DNA of 64,000 nt from Eledone cirrhosa. Its lineage: Eukaryota. The position numbers and the translations under genes were made by a program. Shown one piece after another: positions 25,961 through 38,761 of the stretch. How positions within the stretch are numbered: the stretch's first letter is position 1; every line of letters starts with the position of its first letter. The stretch is taken from contig OZ024743.1 of the NCBI GenBank assembly GCA_964016885.1, positions 356,190,001-356,254,000 of the forward strand, in the 5' to 3' direction. The notes beneath the pieces were generated by a model. That model saw nothing but the letters and a program-made list of their open reading frames with translations, was not told the origin of the DNA and made no database searches.

Positions 25961-27813
25961 ACCTTCAAATGCCGCCGAGGTTATCTTTGTCTTTCATCCT
26001 TACGGGACCGATAAAATAAAGTACCAGTAACGCACTGAGGCCTATTTAATGAACGTTTATCTTCCCTTTTGGCCTGTTAGTGTTGTCGTGGTTCACTGCT
26101 GATCCGAGACAAACTCTACACACGGAAGTACTCTCAGATGGACCTGTCCGAGATGCACATAGAGCGACGGAACCGTTATGCATGCATTTTCTGCGTCGGA
26201 GCATTGCTGACTTCTGGAATGTTGTCGAATAGCTATTATCATGTGTAGAACGGGTCCGGCTATCGACCGAATCCATCCTGAGCTAGCTAGAAACATTTCC
26301 TGTTTTCCAATACGTCTACACAACTGATACGTCTTTCATATTCCCATCATGTTTACTGTGTCACATCTTGCACACTCTGAACTAAACACTTCACTTAGTT
26401 CTCTATCTTCATAATTGCATCACCAGAAAAATCTGCAAACGTCACCTCCTTGAACTTCTCCGTGCTCTGCAATATAGACTTCATGATCCTTTTCTGTGTG
26501 AAAAGAGTATGAATATAAGTACGACTTATTCCTTTAATATTTTAATGTGTGTATCATTAGACTCTAGCCAAGCTGGGTGACTGTTTTCTATCGGCCGTCA
26601 CTATATCAATGAAAAAGAAGAAAAACCTATCAAGAAAACTAGAAATATGTTCCTCAAATAATTTGCAGGCTTACAGAAATGTTAGTCGTATCTTCCTTTG
26701 CAGTCAATCTGTTGAACATCGTCAGCATAGTACATTATATTCAAACATGCAGATGAATAAATAAATGTTTACTTCACACATGCCCAAAGTGCTACGCAGT
26801 GGCATCAAATTCACAAACATGCCACTGCGTAGGGAACTTTGTAGCCGCGCAACCATGTTTAAATCCATAAAAAAACAAATATACCGCCTTATGTTTTTGC
26901 TTCACTATTCCTGACATGCTATATCGAAAGTTATAACATGTTTGATATACTCTACTTCCACAATAGTGGCGTAAAAGCAAGAAGACTGAACCTTGTGCTT
27001 TCAAGTGACATAACATTTTGCTTGACGTGTTTATTGAGCAATTGCACTACGAGTGAGGAATAGCAGCTATATCTATATCCAAATCAAATCGTACAAACTT
27101 GTAAAAAGGACGAAAAGGGTATATTGGATAAGGTAGTCTAGAATATACCAAAAATTAGGAGGGGCTTAGTGTCGGATTTATGACAAATGAAGTCCTGTCC
27201 TAATTACGTTATAAGGCCCCTTACTTGGGCCCTGAAGGAGGTAGGCCCGGTAGGCCAACACCGGTAGTCAGACAGGAAGCTGGGATGCCCCTGGCCAACG
27301 GGGTACCTAAGCACAATGTCCACACTGTAGGTGATCATAGCTGGAGCGCCTTCTATCAAAGGTTTGCTCAATCGAAGCGGACGTACGTGAAAATAAAGAA
27401 CTACAATTTCACACGCAATAAGAGTATTTTACGTCAGTTGTTATCACTTATAACATATTTAATGACGCAGTATATACAATCTAACATTTGTATGATGATA
27501 TCACATTCATGTTTTATCTTTATTTTATTCTAATTCACTTCATCCAAGTATTGTAATTACAATGATTTTCCGCCATCATATCTTCGTGTCTTGTTTCCAC
27601 ACATGAAGAGACAATATATGGTCTCTTATTTTCTATTATATTTTCTATTCAAGTGTTGAAATTCAGTAATATTTCGCTGTCTTTAGAAATCAATTATGCT
27701 AAGACAGCTTTTTTAATGTTAATTTGCACACAATGCTCAATGGATAATCGCAACTTCATGGGGTTTTTTTGTTATGTTATTGTTCAACAGTCTTGCCTAC
27801 TACTAATGTAAGA

Positions 27814-27888
<75 letters not shown>

Positions 27889-28599
27889 GTGTATTTTTAT
27901 AATATGTATATTTCTATGTCCTCTATTATTTAAAACTATGTACAGCTCTAAACAATGCGATTCATTTTTTTTTTTCCACAAATTTTGCAATTTATACAGT
28001 TACGTTTTGTGTTCTTTATTATTTATGTGGTATGTCCTGTTGAAAAGATTTTGGTAAGTACTGCAATCAAATACCTTTTGGTTTCATCTTGTGTCCTGAG
28101 CTTTTCAGTAATGGCCATATTTTTTTCCTTTATGTACTCCACCCTCCTCTGTTATATATTGTTTGATATTGGCTAAATAGAAACTACATTTATCAATGGT
28201 TTTGGTTACGATTTCAAAATCCTATTTTTAGTTTAGAGTTTAGGTGGGATTTGGGGTATTTACAAAAAATTTGTTTGTATATACAGATAAAAATAAGAAA
28301 ACTCATCGCTAGAACAACCGTTAAAAGAGCGAAATGCTGTGAAAGAAAACGACGGGCAAAAATGCCTGAGAGGACAGAGACCAGTTGCCAGTGGTCAACA
28401 GAGAAACAATCCACAATGTGGGTGACAGGCTGATGAAATATAGAAAAGATAGAAAGAGGAGGAGGACAAGGCGTAATGCATTGGCGCATAAAAGTAACTG
28501 GAAGAAGGAAATAAAGAAAGGCGATGTAGAAGACAAGTTTAGACACACACATCTTCACACTCATCAGCTCTCAAACTAGCAAAATGGTTTCGTACGATA

Positions 28600-30900
28600 T
28601 TAGTTAAAAACTACATCATACCTACATTTTGCGTCTGTTATATATTAGTTGAATCCTCCAAAGAGGGAAAATATATTTTGATTTCGTTCATATTTTATAA
28701 CGTTTTTCCTACGTGTCCTTCGATCCGTAACGAAGTACTATCTTAATCACATCGTAGATGATTTATAATACAGTTTCACTATCTTACCATCCCTTATCAC
28801 ATTTTGCTTTATAGAGTTTCGAAGTTTTTGCAACCAATCCATCTTGCTTTACCGAAGATGACATCCAATACATTGTTATGTATTTTGATATAATCATTCC
28901 AAATAAGTATTTTACACGAAGACAAAAGGTGATAGTCTGGTGTTTTTCATTTTCTTCTATAACTTACACATATATGATGTGGCTTCCTTCCTCACTTATA
29001 TAGTCCACTTTGTTATTACTTACAGCTGAACGTTTGAACATCATTAATATCTGCCGCAGATTAATTTCTCTTTTTCTTAGAGTCCTTTCTTCTACGTCTT
29101 TCCACTACTTAAACTTTCTTCTCTATATTTTGTAACGATTTCTTGTTTACATTTCTAGCCTTGTTTGATTTTTTTCTGATACAATTTCTTTGTAACTTCA
29201 ATCCCCTAACGACGATTGTTCATTTGTAACAGCTTCATTCCTTATTCTTTATATCATATAATAGTTATCCTTACACCTATGAAAATCAAAATTTCTTCGA
29301 ATATAATTTGCCGTTTTGGCAATTTCTTGCTTTGAAATATTTATTTACGCTCATATCTACTTGCTTCGAATGGCAAAGTGAGAAGAGTACCCATCACAAT
29401 TTACAAGGCTTCTTTGACTTGTGTGAGAAAGAAAAACTAATTCTCAGGCCAGATACCAGTCTCAAATGCTTGCCATGGAGTAAACACATCTAAAGTATCC
29501 CAACTAACAGGTTGTAGTGTCAAACCAGATGATTCGTTTAACTCTACAACCTCTCAGTTGGGTCAGACATCTATAAACGAAAAAAGACTTCTACGCAGTT
29601 TTCTTTAAACAGACTCTACTCTTAAAGTTTATTCCGACCGTATTTATTATTTGCTAGGTGTTTCTTTAATAGTGTACTCTATTTTTGTTATCTGTCATCA
29701 GTTGTTCTTTCGAGAAAATGTTAGTTTTTATTAGAAGAAATCAGTATTATATTACAAATACTCGCGACCTACTCTGGATATGTGGATGTTTATCGTTCAC
29801 TCTGTGCAACTAACCTGATGATAGCAACTCTTGGCTCCATTGTAAATTCAATCTATGGAGTATCATTTCTCATTCAAACTTGTTCGCTTTAGAAAAAAGT
29901 ATTTTCATATATGTGTTAAGGTGATTAGAATTTTAGTTTCTGCTATTTTCACTAATAATTTGTACAATTTTGATTTATCCCGGATTTTTGTAACATTATT
30001 AAATTTTGGAATTGTTTTAAAAATCTGCGTGTACATCTCAGTAGATTGGGTGAATCAGCCGGTCATCAGATAAAATGCCTTACGGTATTTAGTCTCTTTG
30101 CATCCTTTTAAATTCGAAGTTGAAATCTTGTTGAGGTAAACTTTTCCTGTTATTCTTCAGGGATTCCAAACGAAAAAAGTTATTCAGATAATACATTCGA
30201 TACAGTTCAGTATACAACTTTTCTAAAACGTCTGCAGCCTTGGGCGTATGATAAATATCATTATTTACTATGATTTCCCAACGCAATTGTTTATGAGGCA
30301 TCTTACATCATTACAACACCATGATGGGCTCTCAACCATTCTTGTGCCACACACTGAGCCTATTTACAGACATGACACATGGCATGATTTTCACTACCCT
30401 CTTCTTTTCTTCACTCATTCATATTCTAATTTTTCTGTCCCAAGACATAATGTTTTTCTCTCCAGTTCTACAGTAAGCATTTCTTACATGACAGCACTTT
30501 TTATTGTGATAACCTTTAACAGTAATAATTCCCTATAGTGTATTACTTGTTATATTTTTGTTACCTTTTCTTTATTTTAGAATGAATAAGACTATATTTC
30601 GACATCCACAACATAATCTACATATTCTTGATAGTATCGGGGAATATAACTGGAAATCAGAGTCTGTAGGATTATGTACTGGCGTGACACCGTTTACTTA
30701 ATTTTGTTTTGTTTATAGTAATGCTTATGTGTTTTCTACAATAATTTTATAGCGTTTTTAAAAATGTAAGACCTTTATTACTGGTTTCCAGCATTAAACT
30801 GCTCTGTACAAGGTCATCAAATTCTTGAGTTTTAGCTGTTCTCATCAATCCCTGTACTTATATATTTAATCGATATTGATTTGTTGTATCTCAACATTAT
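28600..30900 (-). mobile_element. Highly degraded APE-type LINE (probably RTE)
   Basis: Scattered remnants (AADVLEKLYTELY, FQLYSP, VKQDG); no intact motif; boundaries approximate. Confidence 0.35.
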
Positions 30901-31482
30901 ACCTTTTGTGACAGATTCGGTTTTAGATTATCACGCCCACAAAAAAGCAATACCTACGTATATGCATTTATACATACATGCATACAAAATACAAACATAC
31001 ATGCATACAAAATAATACATATATGTATACAAAATGCATACGTACATGTATATATGCATACATACATACGTGCATACATACACACACATACATAATTATG
31101 TTGTCGATATTGATTCATCATCTAAAATGACCACTAATACGACAAGATCAAGCCTTGTAACCTAGACACTGATAGCATCGGAGGTTGCAGCTGTGAAGAT
31201 TTGTAAGCGAATACAGAATCATAACTGCTCGCAACCTTGTTGGCCGCTTTCTGCTTCTTTATGAGCGAGGAAATAAAGGAAATGGTGATATAATATTGTT
31301 CCAAGAGATGCCCTCCCCAGCAAGAGATCTGCTGCCAGTTTGTCTATTTATGTTTCAAAGACGCATGTCTCTTGATATTTGCCTCAAAAAAGAAAAGAAA
31401 AAAAGGACGCAAAATATACAAGCGCATCACATTTTATACGGATGAACGCTTGTACAAACGGGTGACATTATCTAAATGTTTG

Positions 31483-31670
31483 CGGTGGATTGGCAGTATC
31501 GGTAGAGAGTCGGACGCCATGCTTTGACGCATAGAGTTACGGCCCTTGTCATTGTGAGTTCAAATCCCGCCGAGGTTAACTTTGCCTTTCATCCTTACGG
31601 GGTCGATAAAATAAAGTACCAGTAATGCACTGGGTATTTGCTGGCCTTGTGCCTAAAGTAGAAACAATTA
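31483..31670 (+). mobile_element. Complete tRNA-derived SINE (reference copy of the abundant family)
   Basis: A box TGGCAGTATCGG, B box GAGTTCAAATCC, core GCCTTTCATCCTTACGGGGTCGATAAAATAAAGTACCAG, tail GGCCTTGTGCCTAAAGTAGAAACAATTAT. Confidence 0.85.
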
Positions 31671-31716
31671 TCTAAATGTTTGCAACCATAACCGAAGAAA
31701 GATGGACTGTGAACAC

Positions 31717-31772
<56 letters not shown>

Positions 31773-31785
31773 CTTGTGTGTGTAA

Positions 31786-31918
31786 ATATGGCTTTGTGGT
31801 TAAGGATCTCGTGATCTCAGGTTCAGTCTCGTTGCGTGGAACCTTGGGCACTTGAGAACGTGTTCTCAACTATATACTATAACGGGCTGTCCAATGTCTG
31901 TGAATGAAATTTGCTTGA

Positions 31919-31921
<3 letters not shown>
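31786..31921 (+). mobile_element. Degenerate tRNA-derived SINE (octopus OK/OR-like)
   Basis: TGGCTTTGTGGTTAAG..GGTTCAGTCTCGTTGCGTGGAACCTTGGGCA..; runs into (TA)n. Confidence 0.55.
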
Positions 31922-31955
<34 letters not shown>

Positions 31956-32142
31956 CAAGAGTAACCAATCTTAAAGAGAGAGATGGAGATAGGAGAGGAG
32001 ATAGGAGAGGAGAAGAGAGATTGGTGAATTAGTTAGAAGCCAAAGCGTAAAGGCATGTGCTCAATGTGCAATATGCAGTGGAAGACAGCTAGGTGGCTGT
32101 CTTCCTTGTGAAATTTGTGGTCTTGTTTTGCTTAACTAATGA

Positions 32143-32201
<59 letters not shown>

Positions 32202-32679
32202 ACAGTCAATCGACAAGATCCCAGACCTCGTCAAATCGGACCGAGAAAAAATGTTTCCATTGCTAACACTATTTACTGGTTGCAAACCCAGGCAGAAGGA
32301 ACAACGTGAAATGAATCGTTTGCTGTAATCTAATTCTCTAGCCTCTAGGCCACGGGCCTTTTATATACACAATTAAAAAACGATTGACATATACTTAAAT
32401 ATGTCGAACTTTAACATTAATTTGTTAATGCTTGGTATATTCAAGTATGTCAATCGTTTATTCAATTTAATAATAAATGCTCGAATTTATTCCTTAGAGC
32501 TTTTTTTACAGGTGATATGGCGCCTGTCAAGAAGTTTTTTAGACATGACATCCTTATTATTGTTAGTAATATATATATATATATATATACATACACACAC
32601 ACATATATACACATATATATATATTACGGTTCTAGATAAAGTCTATTGAGCTTGCTTATTGAGAAAAACGAAATTCTAA

Positions 32680-32717
<38 letters not shown>

Positions 32718-32720
<3 letters not shown>

Positions 32721-33167
32721 TGGCGAAGAGTAAGCTGGAAAACAGGGTTTGCAGTCCAATCGCCATGGCGTAAAGTGGGGCTGTGCAGACTCCCCCCCCC
32801 CAATTCCCTCTAAATTACCCTCCCGGCCAAAGCCGCATGTAGTGTTATCTAGTGTGTCTGTGTGCTATTTTTTTTATGTGTCTACGATTTAGTAAGCAGC
32901 CGAATTTCTGCTTGCTTCAAGCGACGCTGTCATGTGTCTGTGTGTGTGTGTGTGTTATCTTTTTATGTGTCTACGATTTAGCAAGCAGACAAAATTCTGC
33001 TTGCTTTAACCGACGCTGTGGTGTGTATGTGTGTGTGTTATCTTTTTATGTGTCTACTTTTTACCATGCAGCCAAACTTCTGCTTGCTTCAACCGACGCA
33101 ATTGATCAACTCAAGATTCTATAACGCATGCACTGCATGCGTTGCCTTCACGCACCCTTCGCTCCTG
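32718..33167. mobile_element. hAT-like non-autonomous DNA transposon (MITE) in (TA)n
   Basis: Imperfect TIRs CAGTGGCGAAGAGT / CAGGAGCGAAGGGT (reverse complement of right end); ATATATAT on both sides; three internal tandem subrepeats at 32870-33100. Confidence 0.55.
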
Positions 33168-33198
33168 ATATATATATATACATATATATATACAAATG

Positions 33199-33294
33199 AA
33201 TATATGATAGGGATAAACACTGATACAAGTATACATGTGTTTGTATTGCAATACAAACACATGTATACTTGTATCAGTGTTTATCCCTATCATA

Positions 33295-33298
<4 letters not shown>
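33199..33298. repeat. Perfect 100-bp palindrome with no spacer, between (TA)n tracts
   Basis: Centre TATTG|CAATA at 33248/33249; arms read as exact reverse complements. Confidence 0.95.
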
Positions 33299-33386
<88 letters not shown>

Positions 33387-33453
33387 CTAGGTCTAGCAAA
33401 TAGAGAAAAAGTTTAAAATAAAATTAAAAAAATTCGCTGTACTCACTATATAT

Positions 33454-33535
33454 GCCTTTACCGCGGTTTCAAGTTCCAAAATAAACGCATAATCCAAGCG
33501 GATCTCTATTGAGAAGGGAACTATCTTCAGAGGGC
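33454..33535 (-). ncRNA. Type I hammerhead ribozyme
   Basis: GCCCT-CTGAAGA-T-AGTTCC...GGAACT-T-GAAACCGCGGTA|AAGGC; palindromic ACCGCGGT; predicted cut between 33459 and 33458. Confidence 0.8.
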
Positions 33536-33937
33536 TATTCTCGCTCGGAGAATATAAAATTCCCGAGTTTAAATCACAAACTGACGCCATACAAAACCAT
33601 TCCCAGATGAGAGTGAATGATGAAAGAAATAATTATGTCTGGTGCCGTGTGCAAAGACAAAAGGCAGAGTGGACAGGTCAATGTCCTGCCACTAGAAATA
33701 GCAGCAGTCCAAACGGCCAAGTTTTATCTCAACCTTAGGGGAGATTAATAATAATAAAGTATGTGTTCCTACGTGTAAAAAATACATATAGGGATACAAG
33801 TATTATCCAACCGTATGACAATGTGGTTCTATGGCGGGTTAATAAATTAACAAGCCAGAACATATAAAATCCAGGTCTAGCAAATAGAGAAAAGTTTTAA
33901 AATAAATTTTAAAAAATTCGCTGTTCTCACTATATAT

Positions 33938-34016
33938 GCTTTTACCACGGTTTCGAGTTCCAAAATAAACGGATAATCCAAGAACTCCATTGAGAAGGGA
34001 ACTATCTTCAGAAGGC
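33938..34016 (-). ncRNA. Type I hammerhead ribozyme
   Basis: GCCTT-CTGAAGA-T-AGTTCC...GGAACT-C-GAAACCGTGGTA|AAAGC; predicted cut between 33943 and 33942. Confidence 0.75.
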
Positions 34017-34103
34017 TCTTCTCGCTCGGAGAATATAAAATTCCCGAGTTTAAATCACAAACTGATGCCATACAAAACCATATATATGCATATACATATT
34101 TAT

Positions 34104-34280
34104 ATCGATGGCAGGGGAGGAAATATATTTGATTAACCTTCTACACTGCCCTCGAAACGGTTTAAGCTCAACAGTCATACTTCAGGCCCTATAATAATAT
34201 CCGCGCTCTACTTTTCTTGAGTATAGAGTACTATAGTGAATAATGGCCTTAATAGTTTTAACTAGCCACATCTCTTCTAT
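34104..34280 (+). mobile_element. Short PLE-type 3' end with 5'-truncated hammerhead, between (TA)n tracts
   Basis: CGAT-GGCAG...CTGCC-CTC-GAAACGGTTT, then CTCTACT..GAGTATAGAGTAC as in the 7848 and 35301 copies; terminal 35 bp recur inverted at 34851-34885. Confidence 0.5.
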
Positions 34281-35079
34281 ATATATATATATTTACAAAT
34301 GGAAGTTCAGTAAAATCGAAGCTCTGGCTGCGGCCGAATGCAATCCGGAATGTACAGCTAAGCATTCGATAAGGTAGTGTCACCTTAGTGTAATAACATA
34401 CTTTAGAAAGCTTGACAAATTGAAGACTGCGACCGGTGGGCCAGTCACAAGTACGAAAGCAACGAGAAAACCAACTCAGGATAATTTAACATATATATAT
34501 AACTTTTTGTAAATATCGTTATTTTGTTGTATGTGTAGTTTGTGCCTTCTGTCTATTCTCTTATTCTCTTGGTGTAACATTTTTATAACTTATGGTGTTT
34601 AATTCTGGACTTAATGTTTGTTTTTAACTTCGATCAATTGAGTGTTTTGTGATTGCCCCAAAACAAATCGAATAGTACTTGTACTGCAGCTAAAGTTCAA
34701 TTTACAAAACTTATATATACATATAAATTTTTGACGCACTGGAGTTAGACATATTGTCTTTAATGCGTAGAAATGTCCGTAATCTCCAGCAGACAACTGA
34801 TTATGGGAAATATCCCTCGTTTGAGCTTTCCTCTTATTTTCCTCTCTCTATATATGGAAGAGATGTAACTAGTTAAAACTATTATGAGCATTAATCCGGT
34901 CTAAATTCCACACTATATATATATTCCCCACCCAACTCTGCTGCCCCTCCTTCACTCTTCTTTTTATATTTTTAATTTTTTTGGTTTTCTTTCTAATTTT
35001 ATTTTCAGAATCTTTTAATTATTATTTTTTTTAAACTTTATTTTCCTTTTTTGCATTTTTAAGATGAGCAAATGCCCGA

Positions 35080-35300
35080 TAAGTTGACTATGTAACTCAT
35101 TTTTCTTCCTTCAAGCGTGTAACTAATACACTTCATGTTTGTTCGTTTCTTGTTTCTTGTTTACTTGACTCATATATATATATATTCTTGACTCATATAT
35201 ATATATATGAGTCAAGAAAACAAGAAACAAAAAACGAACAAACATGAAGTATATTAGTTACACGCTTGAAGGAAGAAAAATGAGTTACATAGTCAACTTA
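35080..35300. repeat. Inverted repeat (about 92-bp arms) converging on (TA)n
   Basis: 35080-35171 versus 35209-35300; TA runs and a duplicated TCTTGACTC in the middle. Confidence 0.9.
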
Positions 35301-35436
35301 GTCCAGAAATAGCCGTCGAAACGGCTTGAGCTCTGCCGTCGGGGTCATATTTGTTCCTATTACCCACTCTACTACCCTAAGTATTGAGTACTTTGGTGCG
35401 TTATGATCCATCTGGTTCCTTACTACAATTCCTTCG

Positions 35437-35440
<4 letters not shown>
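35301..35440 (+). mobile_element. Short PLE-type 3' end, same family as 7848-7985
   Basis: GTCCAGAAATAGCCGTCGAAACGGCTTGAGCTC...TTCCTTCGT(TA)n. Confidence 0.65.
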
Positions 35441-35484
<44 letters not shown>

Positions 35485-36466
35485 CGTGTATGTGTATATA
35501 TGTACGGTTGCTTTCTATTTATGCCTCGTAATTTAGCTGATCAATAATTACAGCTCAATAAAACATGTACTAGACTTGAAGAATAAGTATTCGTATCGAT
35601 ATTATTAAGTAAATGTCTTAAGGGCATTGTGCCAGCATGGTCGCAGTCTAATAATTGAAACCAATAAAATAATAAAAGAAAAATAATAAATATATAACTA
35701 CTTCTATATACACATGCGCGCACGCACGCGCGTGTGTGTGTGTGTGCGTGTGCGTGTGCGTGTGCGTGTGTGTGTCTGTGTGTGTGTACTTGTGCTGCTA
35801 CGTTAAGTTTATACTGTAACGGTTCAAAGTCTGGTCCAATTCCTTATGAGAAATTTGTTGCTGCAGATATAATATTTACACGATCATAGACAAGAAGGTC
35901 ACGTAACAGACCTTCTCGAGATTTGGGAAGGTAGTGGGCAACATTTATAATTCTATTCTTACATTGCTCCCTGACGTTCAATATTTCTTTACCGTCTTTT
36001 CTTCTATAGATCTACAGTCATTGTGAGTCAGACTTACTGCATACTACGTGATGATAGGTTTTAGTAGACTCATTGCATTTCACTCTATAGAATTTAGGTC
36101 TGTCAGGTTCCACCAGTCTAATACTACATAACCATATGTTATGGCTGGCACTGCAAATGTGCTGATGGCACGGATAAAGCTTCTACTATTGAAATTATTT
36201 GAAATTATATAAAAAAAGAAACCCACAAATTTTTGTGATCAGTTCAGCCACTATTAATTTTTATATTTATCTAGTTAATGGATTTACCATGAATATTTGT
36301 GTTAATAATTTCACTATGTTCTTCGTACCTTTCAGTTGTAAGTTTAGATATGTTTGCCTTGTCTACATATTTTTCCTATATTTTCTACTTGTTCTTGGTT
36401 AATCAACTGGTAGTGATATCGATAGCAAGTATTCAGTTTAGATTTTTTCCACTCTGCATTTTTACC

Positions 36467-36745
36467 TGTGGAGGCACGTGGCTAGTGGTAAGGGTGTTGG
36501 ACTTACGATCATAACGTCAGGGGGTTCGATTCCTGGGTTGCATGTTGTCTTCTTGAGCAAAACACTTCATTTCACGTTGCTCTAGTATACTCAGCTGAAA
36601 ATGAGTACCAACTAATAGCTGGAAGTTTAATCCTGTGATGGACTGGCGTCCTGTCCAGGGGGAAGTCTTGTACTCTCAGTCGCTTCACGCCATGAAACCG
36701 GGATAAACACAGTCCAAATGAGCCTTCTGGCTTAAGACAGACTTT
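36467..36745 (+). mobile_element. tRNA-derived SINE (CORE/V-like domains)
   Basis: A box TGGCTAGTGG, B box GGTTCGATTCC, TTGAGCAAAACACTT, CCTGTGATGGACTGGCGTCCTGTCCAGGG. Confidence 0.75.
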
Positions 36746-36950
36746 AGACACTTTTACCTATGTAATTTTCTTTAACCATTATTTATTTATTTACTCTAAG
36801 TAGCTTTTGAAGATAGATACAATAACACATCCCTACCATTAATTTGTAATTATCTACAACATATTCATTTTCTATTTTTATTCACGTAGCTCTTTGCAAA
36901 GGGTGGGTGAGGAGTTAGATAATATAATCAGTGGAGCCTCGAACAAAATG

Positions 36951-37160
36951 ATTTGCAGCAACTAGTTATGTACCTTTAAGTTTTGAGTGCAAATCCTTTT
37001 ACAGTGAAGTTTATGTTTCATCCTGCCGCTGTCGTTAGATAAAAGTACCAGTCATTTGCAGCAACTAGTTATGTACCTTTAAGTTTTGAGTGCAAATCCT
37101 ATTACAGTCAAGTTTATGTTTCATCCTACCGCTGTCGTTAGATAAAAGTACCAGTCATTT
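36951..37160 (+). repeat. Tandem duplication of a 103-bp SINE-derived segment
   Basis: ATTTGCAGCAACTAG...AGTACCAGTC occurs twice. Confidence 0.85.
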
Positions 37161-37940
37161 GCTAGTATTCACATAAGCAAGAACCCCACATCCCTGAATG
37201 TGTTGCTTTGCGTGTGCGTATTTGTTCAGGCTCTTTACTTTCTGAGTTCAAACTTACAAAGGTTGAATTAGGATTTCATTCTTTTGCCGTGGATCAAATA
37301 ATATACCAGTAAATTAATGGAGTCGAAATTTGGGGGTTTATGTCTGTGTCCATGTTAGAAAGAATTATTATTCTCAAGGTAAACCAGAGTTTTGTTTCGA
37401 ATACCCCAAATCTCCCTATGCGGTTTCTCTTCTACATTGTACTGTGCTGTTGGTTTTATTTATTAATACATAACTATTGATGCCGTGGTTAACTTTGTCT
37501 TTCATCCTTAAGAGGTCGATGAAATAAAGCACCAGTAATGAACTGGGGTAATTGCTGGCCTTCTGCCAAAAGTAGAAACAATTCATCCTTAAATGAAAGT
37601 ACCAGTAATACATTGGAATAATTTCTGGTACTTTTTTGTCCAAAAGTAGAAACAATTATTGTCATTATTGTTATAGTCGGGGTTGTTGATGAAATGTTTA
37701 TTTGGTAGAAATAGCGGTGGTAATAGAGTTGCTGATTGTACTGATAAGTTAAAATGGTAATTCTTCCATTTTTTCCATCATCGTTTTACTCAATATTCCC
37801 AATGTTTTCCCACCATTTTCCCTCTCTTACTGCACTGTACCATCTTTGGGCTCTCGTAGCCAATGAAAGAAATTATTATTAATATCATTATAATTAAAAA
37901 CCATTAGCTTCGTCTTTATAATCATCATCAACGTTATCTA

Positions 37941-38085
37941 CATGAAGATGATGATGATGATGATGCTGATGTTGATGATGATGTTGCTGCTGCTGCTGAT
38001 GATGATGGTGATGCTGATGAAAATGATGATGATGATAATGATGATAATGATGATGATGATGCTGATGAAAATGATGATGATGATA

Positions 38086-38118
<33 letters not shown>

Positions 38119-38678
38119 CTCACCATCATCTTGATCGTAATCATCCTGATTATTAATTTTGTTATATTTTCGTCATCCGTGGTTTCACAACTTCATTGCT
38201 CACTGCCTCTCTGTATGTCTTTCCTCTCCATTACCCTTCTACTATTCTTCATACACTACTTTCTTGACACCACCACCACCACCATCATACCAATAACAAT
38301 ACCAGCAAAAACACACACAGCCAACGTCAACACCCACACCACTACCATCAATGCCACTGCGACGACTACCACTATCACCACCACCACCACTACCACGACT
38401 GCCACTACAATCACATCAACAAGCGCTGCCGCTGCTGCCAACATCGACGCCTTCACCAACGCCCTGACCACCACAGCCACCATCACCACCACAATCAACA
38501 CCTACAGCCACTTCAGCTGTTTTTAAGAGATTTTTTTTTGTTCTTATGAAGATTGCTTTTAATCATTTACTTAATCAATTCTTTTAGTTTTCCAGATTTC
38601 TTTTTTCTTTCTCACTACGTATATATATATTTTTTACATTTTTAAAAATTCATTTTTAGCTTGTTATTTTTATTATTA

Positions 38679-38761
<83 letters not shown>

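Larger units (their letters stand above)
33384..34081 (-). mobile_element. Retrozyme-like element: two ~215-bp direct repeats, each with a hammerhead, 484-bp period, flanked by (TA)n
   Basis: 33384-33600 aligns with 33868-34081; about 270-bp non-coding spacer. Confidence 0.8.

Noticed and set aside
26792-27016. Possible DNA-transposase remnant
   Set aside because: No catalytic motif could be assigned
31483-31575. tRNA gene (A and B boxes present)
   Set aside because: No cloverleaf; continues into the SINE core and has many diverged copies
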